The notes under the pieces: model-generated
Databases searched by the model: none
The model's input: the letters and a program-made list of their open reading frames with translations, nothing else
What the model was told of the DNA's origin: nothing
Position numbers and translations under genes: made by a program
Assembly: GCA_905250045.1 (NCBI GenBank)
Contig: CAJNOG010000082.1
Span: 337,822-343,975, forward strand
Source of the DNA: Adineta steineri
Taxonomy: Eukaryota
Direction of reading: 5' to 3'
Length of the DNA stretch: 6,154 nt
Part shown: piece by piece, positions 1 through 5,925 of the stretch
How positions within the stretch are numbered: position 1 is the first letter of the stretch
Layout: the number at the start of each line of letters is the position of its first letter

Positions 1-36
1 AATGCCAATGGTATTTTTCAACACTCGGATCAACAT

Positions 37-1603
37 ATGATCAATAAGTTTTACAAATATTGTCATGATCAATGTGTTTTACCAAATCTCGATCAAACAG
101 GGGAAGAACTTGAGCTAGTCGGATTTGAAAAATATGTTCACGAGGTTAAAGATAAATGGCATGTTTTATCTCGTTTAGCAACAGAAGAACTCTTACGTAC
201 ACCGACGACAAATCGTTCAAGATCAGCACGAGTCCATACTTACAATCTAATGCTGAGTTATTGTCAACAAGATACCAAAAAGTGTCAGCATCTCATTAAA
301 CGATTTAGCGAAGAGGGTTTATCCGTATGGGCAGAACCGATCATCGACGAACAGCCACGTGATGCTTCCTCTCAGATGAATAAATCAGAGTGCATTATTC
401 TTTGTATTAGTGAAAATTATTATGAGAGTCAATCATGCGAGAAAGAAGCAAGACATGCTTTGCAAACGGGCAAACCAACTTTCTTCGTAAAAGTTCGAAA
501 TGATCCATTGTTCGGTTGGCAACGAGAGATCTTTGAAGGAAAATTACTTTTTTCATTTTTTGGATCCAATCATTACTTAAATTTGCAATATGATCATTTA
601 TTATTGAAGATTGTAAGTATTGCCAAATGTCATATTGTTTCTCTATCACACACTTTGATTTTCTGTGTAGTTACAATCGATTAAACCAAACAATTCCTCT
701 TTGAAACTACCAGTCGAACAACTACGATTGAAATATGATAGAAGAGTTCAAACCCTCATGCAAATTGGTCATATAGAAAATGAAGAAATGGTAATGTTAA
801 TACAACAGCTACAGAACGTTATTGATGCTACTGATCCAGAAAAAACTGAGTCAGACGAACAAACTCAAGAAACTAATACTGATCACCGAGACGAGAAGAA
901 GAATAAAGGTAAGTGCACGGATCGGAGTTCTTCTAAAATATAATCTATCTTTGTCGGAATAGGAGAATACGAATGGATCGAACGTTGGCTAAGAAAACCA
1001 ACGAATATTACAAAACAGAATCTACCACCGTTTGCATTCAGTGGTGATATCAATGATGCGATATTTCCGATGCCTGAATATATAGTTCAGCAACTAGGTA
1101 TAGAAGATCAATCACTTTTATTCACACAACCTTCTACAGCAAAATTTCGAAATATATTTGAATGCGATATTATTAAACGATCAGTCGTACGTCCATCTCC
1201 ACGCGATTTATTGAATGAATTTCCTGTAGATGACGAATATACCTATGGAATGTGTACACAACAAACAGAATACCCTAATTGTATGTTTCAAGTATTGGCT
1301 GACTGGCATTCTAGTACCAATGAAGATACACAGAGTAAAACACGTTTACCTTGTTTACCAGCAGAAGTATCCAATCACTCCAAAAATAAGGCACAAAAAC
1401 GTCGTGATTCAAACCGTACAGACGATTCGACAAACAAGAAAGAAGAAGGTGCCAAATATATTGCTAAAAAATACCAACCTACTACTCGTGCAGAATTAGA
1501 TGTCTACTTCAAACAGTTTGCTCAACGAATGCAAGAAAATATCATTCAATTTGAAAATTTCTGTGCAACGGATGCCGCGCACCCAACCAGTCGGAAAAAG
1601 TGA
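37..1603 (+). CDS. TIR-domain protein, 3 exons (37-612, 671-908, 963-1603; ~484 aa from the ATG at 37), possibly 5'-partial
   Basis: Exon 1 carries a TIR signature: HTYNLMLSYCQQD..GLSVWAEP..SECIILCISENYYESQSCEKEARHAL..PTFFVKVRNDPLFGWQREIF. A GTAAGT donor at 613 and a ..GTGTAG acceptor ending at 670 (58-bp intron, phase 0) join it in frame to 671-908. A GTAAGT donor at 909 and a ..GGAATAG acceptor ending at 962 (54-bp intron, phase 1) join that to 963-1603 (stop TGA 1601-1603). Both listed ORFs (701-943, 1070-1603) fall in the predicted phases. The frame is also open from nt 1 to the ATG at 37, so the true start may lie upstream of the window. Confidence 0.8.
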
Positions 1604-1647
1604 CGAACCATCCAGTAATCTTCGTATTTTTTGAACCGATTCTTTGA

Positions 1648-1684
1648 GGGTGTGGGTGTCTCTTCTCTTAGCTCATACCCACAC
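1648..1684. repeat. Inverted pair of telomere-like hexamers: (GGGTGT)2 at 1648-1659 and ACCCACAC at 1677-1684 (8-bp perfect stem GTGTGGGT/ACCCACAC, 19-nt loop)
   Basis: Read directly. Related copies sit at the 3' ends of both duplicate units: T-run + GGGTGTG at 2464-2470, and TGGGTGTTGGTG at 4075-4086 with CCCACA at 4109-4114. Confidence 0.5.
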
Positions 1685-1764
1685 TCACCTACCCTTATTA
1701 ACTGTAGAACAGAGTTAAATAATCATATTGAAATTTCTCTTCTTATCGTTTCAAAGTTAGAAAA

Positions 1765-1827
1765 ATGTTTCGTCGTATAATTCAGTTGGTATTAATATTT
1801 TTACTGTTTTTTTTAGATAAGATATAA
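1765..1827 (+). promoter_or_regulatory. Upstream ORF (20 codons, MFRRIIQLVLIFLLFFLDKI*) ending 2 nt before the gene A ATG; overlaps a T8-AG acceptor-like site (AG 1815-1816)
   Basis: ATG 1765-1767 and TAA 1825-1827 were read directly. The counterpart is retained in unit 2. Confidence 0.3.
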
Positions 1828-1829
1828 AA

Positions 1830-2391
1830 ATGACTAGTAGTTCAGCGAAATCATCTGAGCCTCTTACAGCAAAACATCCGATATCAGGTATGGTTTTTTC
1901 ATCATTATAAATTTTCTGACAGTTATTCAAGTTATTCAGGATCAATCTCCGACAGTCAATCAACTTCGTTTGGACTCGAACACAAACAAAATAAGAATGA
2001 ATCATTATCCAGTTCTAGCCAATTTGTAAATTCTAAGAATTCTCAAACAAACAAAGAAGACGTATTTTATGACTCCTCCGATACGGAAGAGGATAGCCCT
2101 GAAGAAGACTGTAGTCCTGGTAAAGCGTTATAAAAATCAACATTTATCTAAAGACGAAAGTATCATTTTTGTTCATTAGGACCTGCTGCATACAATATAG
2201 GCGGGAGTTCGATGAAATGGGTGTATCCATCATCACCTCGTTACTCATTTGGCTTACATTGGAACTGCGTATTGGTGAAATCTGATCACACACCAGGCCC
2301 TGGTACTTATAGCACAACCTCACCACAATGCTACAAACAAAAGGCACCTAGATATTCGTTTGGTGTTAATCACTCTATTAAAAGGCTCTAG
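1830..2391 (+). CDS. STPGR (sperm-tail PG-rich repeat) / ODF3-SHIPPO-like small protein, paralog A; exons 1830-1887, 1940-2119, 2180-2391 (~149 aa)
   Basis: Spliced product: MTSSSAKSSEPLTAKHPIS|GSISDSQSTSFGLEHKQNKNESLSSSSQFVNSKNSQTNKEDVFYDSSDTEEDSPEEDCSP|GPAAYNIGGSSMKWVYPSSPRYSFGLHWNCVLVKSDHTPGPGTYSTTSPQCYKQKAPRYSFGVNHSIKRL*. The SPGPAAY / TPGPGTY motifs, each followed by (S/A)PRYSFG, are the classic STPGR repeat. Introns are 1888-1939 (52 bp, GTATGG..TTCAG, phase 1) and 2120-2179 (60 bp, GTAAAG..CATTAG, phase 1). The same structure is conserved in paralog B. Confidence 0.75.
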
Positions 2392-2778
2392 GTATTATGA
2401 AATACAAAGATTAGTATAACCGCGCAGCCATCATGACTAACTTCTAAATCATTTTTTTTTCTTGGGTGTGCGTATTATTTTTACTGTACTCAAATCGTCA
2501 TACTCATCCTCAAGATCTCAATATTTATCAATCGTTAATATATATAAATCTCAATCGAAAGATAAATACATTTCAACTGATCTATGTTTTTTAATATTTA
2601 TTCGAAGATATGACTAATTCTAAGAGATCGAGTTTCGTACTTTTTTCTCAACTGAATGAGTCTATCGGAGCTGGTATATGTGAATTGGGAGAAAAAATGA
2701 ATACTATCGTTTTTTTCATGTGTTGTTGACTAATAAAAAGTCTAGATTTTCTCCATTAAATCAGGATCACAAAAAACG

Positions 2779-3015
2779 TTAAACATCATGCACACGTTGG
2801 TTGCTAGTGATGGATGCCTGAAAAAACGGACACAAAGAATTATCGTGAGTAATCTTGTCGGCACAACTTTCGCAGAAACCTCTACAGTCATAAGGAATAA
2901 AAAAGAAATTTCGTTGATCATCGAAACAAATGGGACAATTAGATATCTCTCTGATTTGGTCTACTTTCGCTGAAAAGTGAAGGAGAATAACAACAACTAT
3001 TTGTACAAAATTCAT
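2779..3015 (-). CDS. Degenerate C-terminal RING-finger-like ORF (possible terminal exon starting at 2969, or a gene relic/pseudogene)
   Basis: The ORF contains CPICFDDQRNFFFIPYDCRGFCESCADKITHDNSLCPFFQASI (core 2821-2937). This aligns to IAP/MDM2-type C-terminal RINGs (CxxC-x9-FIPCGH..CxxCA..CPxCR..I). It lacks the His ligand (CRGFC instead of CGHxxxC) and the last Cys (CPFF instead of CPxC; TTT at 2821-2823). A pyrimidine tract plus CAG acceptor (AG at 2971-2970) sits 5' of the motif, but I could not find a convincing upstream exon. Confidence 0.35.
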   Translation of the reverse strand: MNFVQIVVVILLHFSAKVDQIREISNCPICFDDQRNFFFIPYDCRGFCESCADKITHDNSLCPFFQASITSNQRVHDV

Positions 3016-3373
3016 TCATTTTTTAAAATGCATCAATTCAGTATTGACAAGAAGAAAAGGTGCACAGTACACGAGCGATGATTTGTACACAGCCGTAGAT
3101 TATTCTGAAGTTTTTTCACTTTTTTTCTTTCGCAAGAAATGATGAAACAACAAGAAAAGTGTGAAGATGCGAATGTTGCTTTGGTAATTCCAACATAAAG
3201 TACAGTATGACGCATACACTATTTTTTTTTGTACACGTTTTCAATAAAGAATACGTCTTTTTCTTATTCCACAGTATGACGTACACATTTAACGAGACTG
3301 CTTTTTTTATTGACTGTAGAACAGAGTTTAATAATCATACTAAAATTTCTCTTATTGTTTTAAAGTTGGAAAA

Positions 3374-3439
3374 ATGTTTTGTCGGATGATTCAGTCGGTG
3401 TTAATGTTTCTGCTCTTTTTCTTTTCTTCTTTTAGATAA
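3374..3439 (+). promoter_or_regulatory. Upstream ORF (21 codons, MFCRMIQSVLMFLLFFFSSFR*) ending 9 nt before the gene B ATG; overlaps a pyrimidine tract plus AG (3434-3435)
   Basis: ATG 3374-3376 and TAA 3437-3439 were read directly. The ORF stays open despite an indel relative to unit 1. Confidence 0.3.
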
Positions 3440-3448
3440 GACATAAAA

Positions 3449-4027
3449 ATGACGAGTAGTCCAGCGAAATCATCTGAACCTCTTACGACAAAGAATCCGA
3501 CATCAGGTATTGTTTTTTCATTATTATATATTTTCTGATAGTTATTCAAGTTATTCAGGATCAATCTCTGACAGTCAATCAGCTTCATTTGAACTCGAAC
3601 ACAAACAAAATAAGAATAAATCATCAAGTTCTAGCCAATTTGTAAATTCCAAGAATTCTCAAGCAAACAAAGGAGCCGTAATTTATGACTCCTCCGATAC
3701 GGAACAGGATAAACCTAAAGAAGACTGCGGTCCTGGTAAAGTGTATAAATATCACTATTTATCTAAAGACGAAAGTATCATTTTTATTGATTAGGACCTG
3801 CTGCATACAACATAAGTGAGAGTTCGAAGAGATGTGCGTATCCATCATCACCTCATTACTCACTTACCCCACGTCGAGAGAGCAGTTGGTTAAATTATAA
3901 CAATAATCCGGGTCCATGCTATCACCTATTCGGACCAGAATACTACAAGCAAAGAGCACCTAGTTATTCTTTTGGTCATAAGCACTCAATGAAAAAGGCT
4001 CTGGGTATTGTGAAATACAAAGATTAG
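3449..4027 (+). CDS. STPGR / ODF3-SHIPPO-like small protein, paralog B; exons 3449-3506, 3559-3735, 3795-4027 (~155 aa)
   Basis: Spliced product: MTSSPAKSSEPLTTKNPTS|GSISDSQSASFELEHKQNKNKSSSSSQFVNSKNSQANKGAVIYDSSDTEQDKPKEDCGP|GPAAYNISESSKRCAYPSSPHYSLTPRRESSWLNYNNNPGPCYHLFGPEYYKQRAPSYSFGHKHSMKKALGIVKYKD*. Introns are 3507-3558 (52 bp) and 3736-3794 (59 bp), at positions and phases identical to paralog A. Stop TAG is at 4025-4027. Confidence 0.75.
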
Positions 4028-4157
4028 TACAAACACGCAGCTATCATAATTGACTTACAAATCGTTTTTTTTCGTGGGTGTTGGTGATATTTTTATTATA
4101 CTCAAACCCCCACATCCACCCGCATGCATATGAAAAATGAAAACTTATATTATCGGG

Positions 4158-4186
4158 TGAGAATATGACGAATGAACATATTCTCA
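4158..4186. other. Perfect 10-bp inverted repeat / hairpin (TGAGAATATG - 9 nt - CATATTCTCA) in the convergent 3' intergenic region
   Basis: The arms at 4158-4167 and 4177-4186 are exact reverse complements. An overlapping alternative 6-bp stem is GAATGA 4170-4175 / TCATTC 4184-4189. Confidence 0.4.
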
Positions 4187-4264
4187 TTCATATCTATCTT
4201 CAAGATTCATGTAAACTGATATATAACAATGAAGTGACAGGAAAAAGAAAAACTTCTCTGAACT

Positions 4265-4270
4265 AATAAA
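4265..4270 (+). terminator. Candidate poly(A) signal AATAAA for STPGR gene B
   Basis: Canonical hexamer ~240 nt downstream of the stop at 4027. Its function is inferred only. Confidence 0.25.
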
Positions 4271-4381
4271 TTAAATAGTATGAGAGCTTTTCAGAATAGA
4301 TTTGTAGAACAAGTCCGTACACATATCTGTGTTCTGAACTGGCTCCCTTCTTACTGGATATATACATCAAAATTTGATTAA

Positions 4382-4387
4382 TTTATT
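4382..4387 (-). terminator. Candidate poly(A) signal AATAAA (TTTATT on +) for the lectin-like gene
   Basis: Canonical hexamer on the - strand ~120 nt downstream of the stop at 4509-4511. Its function is inferred only. Confidence 0.3.
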
Positions 4388-4508
4388 CAAGAATTGAAAT
4401 TTCGCATGATTTTTAGTCAATTTACAAAAATGCAGGCTTATTGGAATGATATGGAACAACAGTTTTTATACAATGTTAGTATTAGCAGCACAGCGACAAT
4501 GGGAATAT

Positions 4509-5925
4509 TCATTGATAAAAGTAAAGAGCGATATTATCGACACAACCATCATTATCGGAGATTCCTGCGGTACGAGTGATTGTAACCGTCACCAGTGAAG
4601 ATCGAGCACTGGTTGGCACGAGTCCACTAGTTTGCTTAAAAAGCAGTTCGCTCACGCTCCCACGATCTACAGCTAATACTGGCCCAAGCACGGATGTACT
4701 ACCCACGGCTTGATTGAGTTGATTGATAAATGTTAGCGAGACTTGAACATTGTCATCTTGACTAGAATAACCGCCAATCCATGCCGAAAAATTAAATCGT
4801 ACTGTTTGGTTGTCTATGAGAACAGGATTGATTGAGCTAGCCATGTTTACATATTGCCACATTGAAGTAACATCCGAAACTTGCCCATAGAAATAACATT
4901 GTCCACGATCACTATGAAAAGAAAAGAGTCGCGCATGAAATTATTTGTATATCTTTCTGTTACCTAGGACCTGGAGTCGTAGAGGTTAAGTCACCACCAG
5001 TAGCACTATAATATATTTGCGTAATCGTTCCATTGTACGTCCAACCTGTTGGACTTGTTATGCCGGATCCTGTTTCGCATGAACCATTCTCTCCGCCACC
5101 ATTGACCAGCCAGTTAGATGTGGAGACTAAGTAAAAAAATCATTTAATTAGTGCACCAGTGTATGCACTCAGTGAAATCTGAACTCTTTAAGAACTGTTG
5201 AAACCCTGCAATCCTATTACATTGTGATAAAAGCCATGGGAGTGTGGTTTTAGTCTTGTTATCACACTCAATTATGCCGTCTGATAGTTTTATCATAGTA
5301 TAATATGATTACAGAGTTCTACACGTTTCAAAAGAATTCGAACACGTCTTCTAGAATCAGCATCTTACTTGTAGTTGTTGTTGTTGTTGTTGATACTGTT
5401 GTTGTTTGAGCTGAAAATATCAATCATTATAGATGGATTCACAAAAATTCAGTTTTTATGTAAAATATGTTATCAACTCTTTCTTTCTACACCATTATTC
5501 GTTTTTAGATACTATGATTGTTCACATGTCTAGCGAAACCTAAGTGTGGATCAATCTTTTCTTTGTTCTTCATCTGCTCTCCTAACTCAACACAGATCTC
5601 TCCCTCTCTAAAACTATGTTACTATTTAAATAAGAATATGTGCTTCTTTCTTTCTACTGATTCAATGACTACAAGACTTCTCAGTTAATCATGATGGTAA
5701 TTATATTTACTCGTGACAGTTGTTGCAGTTGTTGTTGATGTTGAAGCAGTATTTTTTTTTGCTGTTTATAATAAAATATTTTTTTAGTAAAAAGAAATAA
5801 AGAAATATTATAGAGACTACATACTTAGTAAAAATCCTAGTAGAAGTCCAAGTCCTATCGCCAGGAGAAGACCAATAGTTATCAATACGCAGCATAAAAT
5901 CCAGCCTCGAAAATATGCACGTTCT
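4509..5925 (-). CDS. Predicted type II membrane protein: signal-anchor TM, Thr-rich stalk, C-terminal galactose-binding-domain-like (CBM4_9/FBA-like) lectin-type domain; exons 5925-5825, 5761-5711, 5410-5369, 5126-4964, 4911-4509; start exon unresolved (candidate 6130-6123)
   Basis: All junctions are phase-compatible. ..ERAYFRGWILCCVLITIGLLLAIGLGLLLGFLL (5925-5825, donor GTATGT) | T KKNTASTSTTTATTVT (5761-5711, donor GTAAAT) | T QTTTVSTTTTTTT (5410-5369, donor GTAAGA) | I STSNWLVNGGGENGSCETGSGITSPTGWTYNGTITQIYYSATGGDLTSTTPGP (5126-4964, donor GTAACA, 52-bp intron 4912-4963) | S DRGQCYFYGQVSDVTSMWQYVNMASSINPVLIDNQTVRFNFSAWIGGYSSQDDNVQVSLTFINQ...DNDGCVDNIALYFYQ* (4911-4509). The N-x-L-x-N-G-x-x-E-x-G...GW start, the F-S-A-W-x-G-G middle and the D-x-D-G-x-V-D-N-I-x-L end resemble CBM4_9/FBA-type beta-sandwiches. 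The ATGTCTAA|GTAAAA at 6130-6123 is the only phase-compatible start I found, and confidence in it is low. Confidence 0.65.
5374..5391. repeat. Trinucleotide microsatellite (GTT)6 (= ACA/AAC on the - strand; encodes the poly-Thr run of the stalk micro-exon), with a further (GTT)3 at 5398-5406
   Basis: Perfect repeat read directly. It lies inside the 42-nt exon 5369-5410. Confidence 0.9.

Larger units (their letters stand above)
1696..2510 (+). repeat. Segmental duplicate unit 1 (promoter/5' flank, whole STPGR gene A, 3' flank)
   Basis: Direct alignment by eye to 3307-4121. My counts: exon 1 50/58 identical, intron 1 48/52, intron 2 about 88% with one gap. The 5' flank from TTATT(A/G)ACTGTAGAACAGAG onward and the 3' flank through ..ACTCAAA also align. 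Confidence 0.9.
3307..4121 (+). repeat. Segmental duplicate unit 2 (promoter/5' flank, whole STPGR gene B, 3' flank)
   Basis: Partner of 1696-2510 in the same orientation. The offset is ~1611-1619 bp, with a ~796-bp non-duplicated spacer (2511-3306) between the units. Confidence 0.9.

Noticed and set aside
407-649. 80-aa - strand ORF
   Set aside because: It is antisense to the well-supported TIR exon 1, has no recognisable motif, and is best explained as a by-product of the coding strand.
1230-1499. 89-aa + strand ORF in an alternative frame
   Set aside because: It lies wholly inside exon 3 of the TIR gene in another frame. The main frame is supported by splice-phase continuity from exons 1-2.
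1757-2005. Pair of similar 78-82-aa - strand ORFs (1757-2005 and 3391-3627) that look like conserved paralogs
   Set aside because: Their similarity comes only from lying in the duplicated segment. They run antisense across the promoter, exon 1, intron 1 and exon 2 of the STPGR genes and carry no motif. The same reasoning rejects the 2144-2347 - strand ORF, which is antisense to exon 3.
2610-2973. Phase-compatible + strand two-exon model (2610-2673 + 2765-2973, including listed ORF 2788-2973), whose first exon (MTNSKRSS..) loosely echoes STPGR exon 1 (MTSSSAKSS..)
   Set aside because: The product has no recognisable domain, while the opposite strand carries a clear RING-like Cys pattern. The exon-1 resemblance rests on two ~7-nt matches, too weak to call a third degenerate copy.
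3033-3389. 60-aa ORFs at 3033-3215 (-) and 3207-3389 (+)
   Set aside because: Both are low-complexity, T/A-run driven peptides in the spacer and promoter of copy B. I tested 3033-3215 as an upstream exon of the RING-like ORF and found no GT donor in a compatible phase.
4300-4405. Possible remnant of a third duplicate unit after 4121 (TGTAGAACA at ~4304 and an exact 11-mer ATTGAAATTTC shared with 1727-1737)
   Set aside because: The spacing differs from the real units, and a handful of chance 11-mer matches is expected in ~6 kb of AT-rich sequence.
4394-4579. 61-aa + strand ORF
   Set aside because: It overlaps the 3' UTR and last codons of the - strand lectin-like gene in antisense and has no supporting motif or splice context.
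5707-5895. 62-aa - strand ORF taken as one continuous CDS (..KKKYCFNINNNCNNCHE*)
   Set aside because: It is a composite. It reads through a 63-bp GTATGT..CAG intron (5762-5824), and its frame does not connect to the downstream lectin exons (a stop appears after splicing). The alternative frames give a TM anchor plus a Thr-rich stalk that splice in phase all the way to 4509.
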